From: an uncultured Candidatus Saccharibacteria bacterium
GTDB lineage: Bacteria > Patescibacteriota > Saccharimonadia > Saccharimonadales > UBA4665
Length of the DNA: 64,000 nt
Direction of reading: 5' to 3'
Assembly (NCBI GenBank): GCA_964426605.1
Contig: CAYRQK010000001.1
Coordinates: 16,419-80,418, forward strand
The notes under the pieces are model-generated. The model did not search any database and was not told where the DNA came from. It was given only the letters and a program-made list of their open reading frames with translations. A program made the position numbers and the translations under genes. Within the stretch, counting starts at the first letter, position 1. The number at the start of each line of letters is the position of its first letter. Of this stretch, positions 18,782 through 26,921 are shown in pieces.

Positions 18782-19048
18782 ATGCGGGAGCGACTATTCG
18801 CTGGGTCTGATTATTATTCCGAGGATGAACCCCTTGTGGTGACGCCAGAGATCGCATGCGGTGCCGGTCTGTGTTTATTTCTTTTACAAAGCGAGGGAGC
18901 CGAACCTACCGCTGAGGACAAGGCCTTGATTATCGAGACGGCAAATTATGATCTTCGCCGAGCTGGTCTAGAAGAGACAGTCGATGAGGCGGTATTTGCA
19001 ACTGTTCGGAACGTGATTGGCACATCGCTCACAGATATGAAAGGCTAA
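18782..19048 (+). CDS. hypothetical protein between grpE and dnaK
   Basis: 88 aa, acidic. It starts 2 nt after the grpE stop. No recognisable domain. Confidence 0.4.
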   Translation: MRERLFAGSDYYSEDEPLVVTPEIACGAGLCLFLLQSEGAEPTAEDKALIIETANYDLRRAGLEETVDEAVFATVRNVIGTSLTDMKG

Positions 19049-19049
19049 A

Positions 19050-19076
19050 TTGGCACTCTTGACATGTGAGTGCCAA
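19050..19076 (+). promoter_or_regulatory. CIRCE operator 1 of dnaK, overlapping the -35
   Basis: TTGGCACTC-TTGACATGT-GAGTGCCAA is a perfect inverted repeat, extendable to 19047-19079. TTGACA (19060-19065) lies in the spacer, and TATGCT lies 17 nt downstream at 19083-19088. Confidence 0.9.
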
Positions 19077-19097
19077 TTTATGTATGCTACAATTGTA

Positions 19098-19124
19098 TTA
19101 GCACTCTACCGTGATAACTGCTAA
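19098..19124 (+). promoter_or_regulatory. CIRCE operator 2 of dnaK (degenerate), downstream of the -10
   Basis: TTAGCACTC-TACCGTGAT-AACTGCTAA. The left arm is consensus; the right arm has 2 mismatches. Confidence 0.65.
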
Positions 19125-19147
19125 CAATGAAGAAAGGGTATTTTTAG

Positions 19148-21064
19148 ATGAGTAAAATTATTGGAATCGACTTAGGGACCACTAACTCGGCGATGGCCGT
19201 CATGCAGTCTGGCAAGCCGGAGATTATCGCTAACAGCGAGGGTAATCGCACCACGCCATCAGTGGTGGCTGTGAACAAAAGCGGCGAACGTTTGGTGGGT
19301 CAAGTGGCTCGTCGCCAGCAGGTTACCAACAGCAAAAACACTATTTATGAAGTCAAGCGCCTGATCGGTCGCAACTTTAGCGACAAGGAAGTCCAGCGTG
19401 ACCTCAAATTGATGGGTTACGAGATTGTCAAGAGCGGCAACAGCGTCAAGGTCAAGATGGGTGACAAAGAGTACAGCCCCGAAGAAGTTAGTGCTATGAT
19501 TCTTGGCAAGCTGAAAGCTGACGCTGAAGCTTTCCTGGGCGACAAGGTGTCGGAGGCAGTCATTACGGTGCCGGCCTACTTTGACGACAGTCAGCGCCAA
19601 GCGACCAAAGACGCTGGTAAGATTGCCGGACTTGAGGTTAAGCGGATTATTAACGAGCCGACTGCTGCCGCTCTGGCCTACGGCCTCGACAAAGACAAGG
19701 CCGAGGAAAAGATCGCTGTCTACGACCTAGGTGGTGGTACGTTTGACGTTTCGATCTTGGAGCTGGGCGATGGCGTGTTTGAAGTGAAAAGCACCAATGG
19801 TGATACCCATCTCGGTGGTGCTGACTTTGATCGCGTCATCATCAATTACTTTGCCGACGAGTTCAAAAAAGAGCACGGTATCGATATCAGTGACGACAAG
19901 GCAGCCATGCAACGCTTGCGTGACGAGGCCGAGAAGGCCAAGATTGAGCTATCGGCCGCTCAAGAAGTCGACGTTAATTTGCCGTTCTTAACGGCTGACG
20001 CCGACGGTCCCAAGCACTTCGAGCACAAACTGACCCGTGCCAAGCTCGAGAGCCTGGTTGGTGAGCTGATCGACAAGACGGCTGATCCCTGTGAAAAAGC
20101 GCTCAAAGACGCTGGCCTCAAGGCCAGTGACATCGACGCTGTTGTGCTGGTCGGTGGTATGACCCGTATGCCAGCCGTCCAGGAAAAGGTTAAGAAAATC
20201 TTCGGTAAAGACCCCATGAAGGGCGTGAACCCCGACGAAGTTGTGGCCATCGGTGCCGCTATCCAGGGCGGTGTGCTGCAGGGCGACGTCAAAGACGTGC
20301 TGCTGCTGGACGTGACTCCTCTATCGCTTGGTATCGAGACCATGGGCGGCGTCATGACTAAGTTGATCGAGCGTAACACCACCATTCCAACTAGCAAATC
20401 CGAAGTATTTAGTACCGCCGCCGACAACCAGCCACAAGTTGAGATCCATGTTGGTCAGGGTGAGCGCGACATGATCGAGGGCAACAAATCACTCGGCCGT
20501 TTCGTGCTGGACGGCATTGCGCCGGCGCCACGCGGCGTACCGCAAGTTGAAGTCACCTTCAACATCGACGCCAACGGTATCCTCAATGTGACCGCCAAGG
20601 ACAAGGGCACCGGCAAAGAACAGAATATTACCATTCAGGGCAGTGGGAGCCTCGACAAAGCCGAGGTAGAAAAGATGGCCAAAGATGCCGAGGCCCACGC
20701 CGACGAAGACAAAGCCAAAAAAGAAACGGTCGAGGCCCGCAACTTGCTGGATAGTAGCATTTACCAGGCTGACAAGTTAAAGAGCGACAACGGCGATAAG
20801 ATCAGCGATGATGATAAGAAGACCTTAGATGAGGCTGTTGAGGCTGCCAAGAAAGTCGTAGCCGATGACAAGGCCACCAAAGACGCGCTCGAAGCCGCTG
20901 CCAAAGAGTTGAACGACAAAATCATGCCCATTGGTGCCAAATTGTACGAAGCAGCAGCTGCCGAGGAAAAACCAGCCGAGGATACTGACAACACCGGGGA
21001 CAGTAAAAAATCCAAAAAAGACGAGGGCCCCATCGAAGGCGAAGTCGTTGACGACAAGAAATAG
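19148..21064 (+). CDS. dnaK: molecular chaperone DnaK (Hsp70)
   Basis: [18 protein letters not shown] and [10 protein letters not shown] motifs, with an acidic C-terminal tail. Confidence 0.99.
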   Translation: MSKIIGIDLGTTNSAMAVMQSGKPEIIANSEGNRTTPSVVAVNKSGERLVGQVARRQQVTNSKNTIYEVKRLIGRNFSDKEVQRDLKLMGYEIVKSGNSVKVKMGDKEYSPEEVSAMILGKLKADAEAFLGDKVSEAVITVPAYFDDSQRQATKDAGKIAGLEVKRIINEPTAAALAYGLDKDKAEEKIAVYDLGGGTFDVSILELGDGVFEVKSTNGDTHLGGADFDRVIINYFADEFKKEHGIDISDDKAAMQRLRDEAEKAKIELSAAQEVDVNLPFLTADADGPKHFEHKLTRAKLESLVGELIDKTADPCEKALKDAGLKASDIDAVVLVGGMTRMPAVQEKVKKIFGKDPMKGVNPDEVVAIGAAIQGGVLQGDVKDVLLLDVTPLSLGIETMGGVMTKLIERNTTIPTSKSEVFSTAADNQPQVEIHVGQGERDMIEGNKSLGRFVLDGIAPAPRGVPQVEVTFNIDANGILNVTAKDKGTGKEQNITIQGSGSLDKAEVEKMAKDAEAHADEDKAKKETVEARNLLDSSIYQADKLKSDNGDKISDDDKKTLDEAVEAAKKVVADDKATKDALEAAAKELNDKIMPIGAKLYEAAAAEEKPAEDTDNTGDSKKSKKDEGPIEGEVVDDKK

Positions 21065-21081
21065 TAATGTCACTATGCCCC

Positions 21082-21117
21082 AAAGCCTCTCTCGAAATGA
21101 AGAGAGGCTTTTATCTT
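21082..21117 (+). terminator. intrinsic terminator after dnaK
   Basis: AAAGCCTCTCT-cgaaatga-AGAGAGGCTTT followed by TATCTT. Confidence 0.7.
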
Positions 21118-21167
21118 GACCAGGTGGCGGCCGACTGACCTGCGGGTGTCACAGAGTACGTGTATGA

Positions 21168-21446
21168 GTGGTAGCTATGTTTGGCTTTAATCGAGAAGTA
21201 CCACTGCCCGAGCAGTGGCAGGATGAGCGTATTCAGTCGGTAGCGGCCTTGCTTAGTTTGGCGGCTAATGTGTTAGTGGAAGGCGGGTCTGCGCAGCAAT
21301 CCGAGGAACGTTTACAACAAGTTGCGGCCCAGTATAGTCTGGATCCCGATCAGATATATCGGGCTATGTATGAGCATGAAGACTTTTTGGCGTTTCAGGA
21401 AAAGGACCACGCCTTGGCCAAAGTAGCTTTCAAGGAATTTTTCTAG
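21168..21446 (+). CDS. hypothetical protein between dnaK and dnaJ
   Basis: 92 aa (GTG start, or ATG at 21177). No recognisable domain. Confidence 0.4.
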   Translation: MVAMFGFNREVPLPEQWQDERIQSVAALLSLAANVLVEGGSAQQSEERLQQVAAQYSLDPDQIYRAMYEHEDFLAFQEKDHALAKVAFKEFF

Positions 21447-21470
21447 TGTACGCATTGGTACGGGTAAGGA

Positions 21471-21497
21471 CTAGCACTCTTGAACCTGGAGTGCTAA
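21471..21497 (+). promoter_or_regulatory. CIRCE operator overlapping the dnaJ promoter
   Basis: CTAGCACTC-TTGAACCTG-GAGTGCTAA. TTGAAC (21480-21485) lies in the spacer, and TAAAAT lies 17 nt downstream at 21503-21508. Confidence 0.88.
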
Positions 21498-21517
21498 CAG
21501 CGTAAAATAGGACAGTA

Positions 21518-22627
21518 ATGAGCACTAAACGCGACTACTACGAAGTGCTTGGCGTTGGCAAAGACGCCAGCGCCGACGAAATCAAGAAAGCCTTCCGGCG
21601 GAAGGCCGTTGAGCTTCACCCTGACAAAGAGGGTGGTGACGAGACTAAATTCAAAGAGATGAATGAGGCCTACGAAATACTAAAAGACCCCGCTAAAAAG
21701 CAGCGCTATGACCAATTTGGCCACGCCGGCGTTGGGGGTAACGGTGGCCTGGGTGGTAATCCGTTTGAGGGCTTTGGTGGCTCCTACGGCCAAGGACAGA
21801 ATGTCAATTTTGACTTTGGCGATTTGGGTCTGGGCGATATCTTTGGTAGCTTTTTTGGTGGCAGCCAGCAACGGGGACCGCGAGCGAACCGTGGCCGCGA
21901 CGTCGAGGCCCGAGTCGAAATTAGCTTCGAGCAAGCTATCTTTGGCACCGAAGTCGACCTCAAACTCACACTCGATGATACGTGCGAACACTGCAAAGGT
22001 ACCACCGTTGAACCGGGCTACGAGCTTAAAACCTGCAATACCTGCAAGGGCTCCGGACAAGTCGTTAGCCAGACACGTACCATCTTTGGTAATATCCAGC
22101 AGGCCAGCGTTTGTCCGACATGTCACGGCAGTGGTAAAGTGCCAGAAAAGGTGTGTAGTGTCTGCCACGGCAAAGGCACTCAGAACAAAACCAAAACCGT
22201 TGATCTCAAAATACCGGCTGGCATCGACGATGGTGCAACTATCCGCCTCCGTGAGTATGGCGAGGCAGTCGCTAACGGCCCCAAGGGCGATCTGTATGTT
22301 AACGTTCGCGTCAAGTCGCACAAAAAGTTCACCCGCGAGGGTGACCTCATCCTATCCGAAGAGCACATTGGCATGGTGGATGCGGCGCTGGGTACCGAGA
22401 TTGAAGTTGGGACAGTTGATGGCATGGTGCGTATGAAAGTTCCCGCCGGTACGCAGAGTGGTAGTGACTTCAAGCTGTCGAGCCATGGTGTGCCCCATAT
22501 GAAGAGTGAAAGCCGCGGCGCTCATATTGTGACGCTTATTGTGGATATACCAACCAAGCTCAGCAAGCAGCAGAAAGAGTTGCTCGAACAGTTTGGGGCT
22601 CAGCCCAAAAAGCGCGGTATATTCTAA
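21518..22627 (+). CDS. dnaJ: molecular chaperone DnaJ (Hsp40)
   Basis: J domain with HPD (ELHPDKEGG), a G/F-rich region, and four CxxCxGxG zinc-finger repeats. Confidence 0.98.
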   Translation: MSTKRDYYEVLGVGKDASADEIKKAFRRKAVELHPDKEGGDETKFKEMNEAYEILKDPAKKQRYDQFGHAGVGGNGGLGGNPFEGFGGSYGQGQNVNFDFGDLGLGDIFGSFFGGSQQRGPRANRGRDVEARVEISFEQAIFGTEVDLKLTLDDTCEHCKGTTVEPGYELKTCNTCKGSGQVVSQTRTIFGNIQQASVCPTCHGSGKVPEKVCSVCHGKGTQNKTKTVDLKIPAGIDDGATIRLREYGEAVANGPKGDLYVNVRVKSHKKFTREGDLILSEEHIGMVDAALGTEIEVGTVDGMVRMKVPAGTQSGSDFKLSSHGVPHMKSESRGAHIVTLIVDIPTKLSKQQKELLEQFGAQPKKRGIF

Positions 22628-22872
22628 CTGGCGTGCGGTAGGGATTGCCCCGGGTCGTCCGGTACATCTGCTGACGCGTAGGGTATGATCTCGGCGCTCG
22701 TTTTGTTTGTACTCAGTACTTCAAAAGCAGGGTATGCCAAGTGGTGTTCGCGCATCCAGTAAAAGAGGTGTCCGGCTGCGGCAGCAGCTTGACCTTCCGC
22801 CGTCATGTCTTGCGGCGTTGCGAATTCATCTTTGGGCTCAGGTCGAGGATATGACTCGTTACTGCTTGTCAT
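22624..22872 (-). CDS. hypothetical protein
   Basis: 82 aa. TATAAC (22887..22882) lies 9 nt upstream of the ATG. It is convergent with dnaJ, with a 4-nt overlap. Confidence 0.4.
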   Translation of the reverse strand: MTSSNESYPRPEPKDEFATPQDMTAEGQAAAAAGHLFYWMREHHLAYPAFEVLSTNKTSAEIIPYASADVPDDPGQSLPHAS

Positions 22873-22936
22873 GGTTCACCCGTTATACTCCCTTTCCATG
22901 TCCACTGTCAACGGGCATTCATGATATTATGCATGT

Positions 22937-23071
22937 ATGGAACGCTTACGTTTACTGACCCGACGTACGCACGATAATCAGGTCGGTTTTATACCCCTAC
23001 TACTCACTATTTTATTCGTTGTTGTCTGCGGCGTAGTACTCATATATCTTCGTGTCAAAAACGCCCAATAG
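22937..23071 (+). CDS. possible 44-aa single-TM micropeptide (below the ORF-track cutoff)
   Basis: MERLRLLTRRTHDNQVGFIPLLLTILFVVVCGVVLIYLRVKNAQ. TATTAT (22925-22930) lies 6 nt upstream of the ATG, matching the leaderless pattern seen elsewhere. Confidence 0.3.
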   Translation: MERLRLLTRRTHDNQVGFIPLLLTILFVVVCGVVLIYLRVKNAQ

Positions 23072-23324
23072 TGAGCACTGACATGATATTGTAAAATAGT
23101 AACTCTTGTGTTATGGCTTACAAATTATGGCCAAAGTCAGTACTGTAGAACAAATTTGCGCCAATAGGCAGTGAAGCCGACAAACTGTTAGCATATCCTT
23201 TTGAAGCACTTGTACATAGCTACCTAACTGGCAGTGAACTTGTCACCGATCTATCAGATAGTTTTAGTTTTACTGAGTTCTCTAAGTAAGCGGACGAGCT
23301 GCTTGCTTCTCGGGGCTGCCTTCG

Positions 23325-23684
23325 ATGGCAGATCGCATACCAACGGTTGAGTTGTGCGAACAAGGGAAAAATCGGGGCTTTAGCTTTCCGAAAGCACCAG
23401 GATCAACAGTCGGCCGTGCAGATTTTAACTCTATTAAACCGCACGGTGATCACGATACCCTTCGTCTTATGGAGGAAATCGTTACAGACCTGCGGCCGAG
23501 CAAAGAGCAACTCGCAGTTAAGGCAGCTGAGTTTGAGGCTACGGGATTGAACCCAGAAGCCACTCGTAAAAAAGCACGTACTGCACTTGATGTCGCCGAG
23601 TTCCTTCGCAAACGAGCTGCTGAAGAATTGAGTACTCCTATTGCCGAAGGGCCCGTTCCAACAAAGCGAGGGAGTATACAATAG
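23325..23684 (+). CDS. hypothetical protein
   Basis: 119 aa with no recognisable domain. It lies in an AT-richer, gene-poor stretch. Confidence 0.4.
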   Translation: MADRIPTVELCEQGKNRGFSFPKAPGSTVGRADFNSIKPHGDHDTLRLMEEIVTDLRPSKEQLAVKAAEFEATGLNPEATRKKARTALDVAEFLRKRAAEELSTPIAEGPVPTKRGSIQ

Positions 23685-23782
23685 CTATTGCAAAAATAAG
23701 TTAAATATGCTATAGTTACGCCTGTTAGTGTTCTCGGAAATTCATACATAAGCATTTTTGCGATCTGCGCTATGATGCTAGA

Positions 23783-25195
23783 GTGAGCCGTTTACCACAC
23801 AGTCGCCTAACGAAAGGAGCAGTTATAACTTCACATAAACTACCAGTCGAATATAACCACAGTGCTCCCATTGGAGTGGTGAGTGTTGATGCCTATAACC
23901 TGTTATTCTATGATAAATTTTTTGATGATTTTAAGGTAGTAACCCCTTTGCGACAGGATTGGCTGAGTGATACGGGTATGACTGGTGAGGTTAAGACTCT
24001 AGCGTCGTCGCTCAAGCAGCCTGACAGTGTTTCGAAAATCATGCAATCCAAGCGATTCATTGATTATTTCAGAGGTGATAACAAGCGCAAATTTGTGATG
24101 TATTCACCCATCGATCCACCATACAAGATCAATCCGTTGGCGTATCTTATGAATTCGCCAACCATTGCTCATGCCTACGAGAATAAGCGCTATTTCCGCG
24201 ATGAGTTTGCTGACCTGATTCGCATGCCTGAGTACGAAATCCGCTATATGAGCGAATTGGACCGCGCGGCATCGTACAAAGATCTGGCTGACCGTTACGG
24301 CTCGTTTATGCTACAAGACGAAGAATCTTCGGGTTCAAAGGGCACCTATGCCATCCAGAATCATGATGATTATGTGGATGCCATTAAGTCACTCAAGAGA
24401 TTCTCGCGTGGTCGTACCATCGTGGTCTCGAAATTCGTCAAGGGCGAGACTTCTAGCATTCAAGTCTGTGTGACCAAGTACGGTATCTTTAGTGGTGGTA
24501 TTCAGCGACAACTCATTGACGCACCTGAGCTATGCAACTTAAAGCTAGCCGGTGCTACCAAGTGGTGCGGTGGCGAAGTGGGCGCCGTATACCCCGATAT
24601 TATTCAGCACCAGGCTCGCGAAATGGCCAGTGTGGTCGGCTCGGAGTTGGCTAGTCATGGCTACAAGGGTGTGTTTGGTCTCGACCTGATTGTGACCCCC
24701 GATAACGAGGTGTATGCCATCGAAATCAACGCTCGGCTGACGGGTTATTCGCACGTCATCAGCGATTTGCAGTACTGCGAGGGCAAGATTCCATTTATGC
24801 TGTTGCACCTATTTGAAATGGGCAACTACAAGTACGAAGTTACCAACACAGAAGCGCTGCCGAGTATTAGCCAGTATCGTAAGCCTGCCTCACTACTCAT
24901 AATCAACAATCCGCTCGAGGAAGATCTGGTGCTATCACAGTACATCAAGCCGGGCATATACGAGCAAAAACGCGACAGTATCAAGTATATCCGACCAGGC
25001 TATTCGCTGGCGGACCTCAAGAATGATGACGAGTTGATCATCTCGTGCCGTTACAATCGGTTCGATGCGGTTCGTAGCGGCAAGCGTGTGGTCAAGATCA
25101 TGAAATTTGGTGAATTGATGAGCAAGGGCAAACTAACACCCAAGGCTCGCAAGCTCGTGAAAGCCGTCAAAAACACTTTCGAACTGCCTGATTAA
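23783..25195 (+). CDS. ATP-grasp domain protein (carboxylate-amine ligase family, unknown substrate)
   Basis: 470 aa. ATP-grasp core: SSGSKGTYAIQN..., VVSKFVKGETSSIQVCV, and GVFGLDLIVTPDNEVYAIEINARLTG. The ~170-aa N-terminal region is unassigned. The GTG start lies 6 nt after TATGAT (23771-23776). Confidence 0.7.
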   Translation: MSRLPHSRLTKGAVITSHKLPVEYNHSAPIGVVSVDAYNLLFYDKFFDDFKVVTPLRQDWLSDTGMTGEVKTLASSLKQPDSVSKIMQSKRFIDYFRGDNKRKFVMYSPIDPPYKINPLAYLMNSPTIAHAYENKRYFRDEFADLIRMPEYEIRYMSELDRAASYKDLADRYGSFMLQDEESSGSKGTYAIQNHDDYVDAIKSLKRFSRGRTIVVSKFVKGETSSIQVCVTKYGIFSGGIQRQLIDAPELCNLKLAGATKWCGGEVGAVYPDIIQHQAREMASVVGSELASHGYKGVFGLDLIVTPDNEVYAIEINARLTGYSHVISDLQYCEGKIPFMLLHLFEMGNYKYEVTNTEALPSISQYRKPASLLIINNPLEEDLVLSQYIKPGIYEQKRDSIKYIRPGYSLADLKNDDELIISCRYNRFDAVRSGKRVVKIMKFGELMSKGKLTPKARKLVKAVKNTFELPD

Positions 25196-25224
25196 CGCGG
25201 GCCTGCTTATGCTATAGTGTGGGC

Positions 25225-25725
25225 ATGTCTCCAGATGTGATTTACGTGCTACTCATCGCCGTTCCGGCAGTGGTCTTAATGGTGCTGAAAGCCAATGCCT
25301 CGCTAGTGTTTTTGAGCGCCTGTTTGGGCGAAGTGTTGCTGCGCTATGTGGGTGGCGAAGCCAAAGATTTTTTTGCGACTTTCCTGCCGTCAGTGCAGGT
25401 TAACGACGTCAAGTTGCTGCTGTTGCTACTGCCGGTTGTCTTGACCGCCGTGTTTATGATGAAGACGGTTAGTGGGGCACGGTTAGTATTCAATGTGCTG
25501 CCGGCGCTGGGCACGGGGTTGCTGGTAAGCTTTTTGATCGTGCCGCTGTTGCCGGGTGGTTTGGTGGCAAGTGTCCAAACTTCGAATGCCTGGCACCAGG
25601 CGCAAAATCTACAAGCATTGATCGTTGGTATCAGCGCATCGACCTGCCTATTCTTCTTGTGGCTGCAGCGTCCGAAGAGTGTCGGCAAAGAGGCCAAGCA
25701 TGCTAAACACCGCTCGGTGCATTGA
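25225..25725 (+). CDS. hypothetical polytopic membrane protein
   Basis: About 166 aa with 4-5 predicted TM helices. The extended -10 TGCTATAGT (25210-25218) lies 6 nt upstream of ATG 25225. The track start at GTG 25219 abuts the -10. Confidence 0.5.
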   Translation: MSPDVIYVLLIAVPAVVLMVLKANASLVFLSACLGEVLLRYVGGEAKDFFATFLPSVQVNDVKLLLLLLPVVLTAVFMMKTVSGARLVFNVLPALGTGLLVSFLIVPLLPGGLVASVQTSNAWHQAQNLQALIVGISASTCLFFLWLQRPKSVGKEAKHAKHRSVH

Positions 25726-25833
25726 CTTTTTACTCAAAATATCGATAATCTAAGAAGTTATTCTGTGTTTTGCAGCTAACCGAGTTTGTAGTCAAAAGGA
25801 CATTAGCGTCTGGATACAAATTTGAGAAAATAG

Positions 25834-25910
25834 GGGCCAGTAGCTCAGCCGGTTAGAGCACCTGCCTTTTAAGCAGGGTGTCGTGGGTTCAAGTCCCACC
25901 TGGCCCTCCA
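25834..25910 (+). tRNA. tRNA-Lys (TTT)
   Basis: GGGCCAGTAGCTCAGCCGGTTAGAGCACCTGCCTTTTAAGCAGGGTGTCGTGGGTTCAAGTCCCACCTGGCCCTCCA. Anticodon loop is CTTTTAA and CCA is encoded. Confidence 0.95.
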
Positions 25911-25940
25911 ATCTATCTCTAGTGGGATACTATTGCAACC

Positions 25941-25961
25941 AAGAGCCGTTTACCGGCTCTT
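25941..25961 (+). terminator. hairpin after tRNA-Lys
   Basis: AAGAGCCG-tttac-CGGCTCTT followed by a weak T tract. Confidence 0.4.
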
Positions 25962-25978
25962 CTTGATATAGTTAAGCC

Positions 25979-26752
25979 ATGTATAAAACCTTTACTGCCG
26001 ATGACTCTATCAGAACCATTGGAAATTACCTGCAGGCTACACGGTTCACGGTTTTATTGTATTTGGGACCTTTCATCCCGGCCCCTATGACCAACTCGAA
26101 GAAGAAATATCAAAGATGGATGTAGATGTTAGCTATAGCAAGGTTTCAGACAACCCATACTTTGCACCGATTTTATAGTTTACAGTCGGCGGCAAGAAGT
26201 ATTGGTTCACGATAGCCTACAGTGGAACTATGTTAAGCGAGTGGACGCACCTCTAGCATGTTTGTTTGGCGGTCAGCGCAATATTGTATTGGCAGTTGCG
26301 GGGGTTTATTTGCCAAAGCCGACACGCCAGAAATAATCGTGCCGACCTATGCTTATACTGGAGAGAGTACAACCCGTATGTATGAACCGAACGACAACAA
26401 TCAGCATAGTTTCGACGAAGAACTTAATGAAAGACTTATTAAGCGGCTAGAAGATAAGCATAAAGTGTGGCATGGACCCACAATTACTTGTCAGGCTATG
26501 ATGGCAGAAACATGGGAAGATATTCAGCAATGGTCAAATGATGGCTATTACGGCGTTGAGATGGAGTCAGCGACCGTCTTTGCCGTTTCTAATCACTTCA
26601 AACGTAGCTCAGTGGCGCTGCTGGTCATCGGTGACAATCTCGTGTAAGAAAAAACTGTTCTGGATGTGAATTATGAGGGCGGAAGCTTAACGCGGCAACG
26701 AGTACGCCAAGATATGCTGCAAGCTGCGTTGCAAGAAATGATTAAAAGCTAA
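25979..26752 (+). pseudogene. decayed nucleoside phosphorylase (PNP/UDP_1 family) gene
   Basis: Homologous peptide pieces lie in three frames: ...GGKKYWFTIAYSGTMLSEWTHL(TAG), LACLFGGQRNIVL, and IGSCGGL...GVEMESATVFAV...IGDNLV(TAA). After the TAA at 26645 the same frame stays open for 34 more codons to 26752. An additional in-frame TAG lies at 26176. Confidence 0.65.
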
Positions 26753-26778
26753 CAATAAATATGTTCGGTCTATCTTGC

Positions 26779-26853
26779 AATTTAGTTACAATAGTTAACA
26801 CTGAGGACCTCCAATCCTGATTAGCTTAAACTCCTCTGCTGTGAGGAGTTTTT
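26779..26853 (+). ncRNA. candidate small RNA/leader: conserved 36-nt motif (copy 1) plus terminator hairpin
   Basis: AATTTAGTTACAATAGTTAACACTGAGGACCTCCAA (26779-26814) matches copy 2 at 30 of 36 positions. It is followed by AAACTCCTC-tgctgt-GAGGAGTTT-TT (26828-26853). Confidence 0.4.
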
Positions 26854-26921
26854 CTGTATCTTTATTTTGTTAATCCCTATACTATTGATAACTATAAGCT
26901 TCTTAAAGCGAGAGAGACAAA

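Noticed and set aside
25979-26752. Stop-codon reassignment as an explanation for the in-frame TAG/TAA codons in the nucleoside phosphorylase gene.
   Set aside because: TAA, TAG and TGA all terminate well-conserved genes at the expected positions elsewhere in the window (TAA for dnaJ, TAG for recA and dnaK, TGA for tsaB). The locus also needs two frameshifts, so decay is the simpler explanation.
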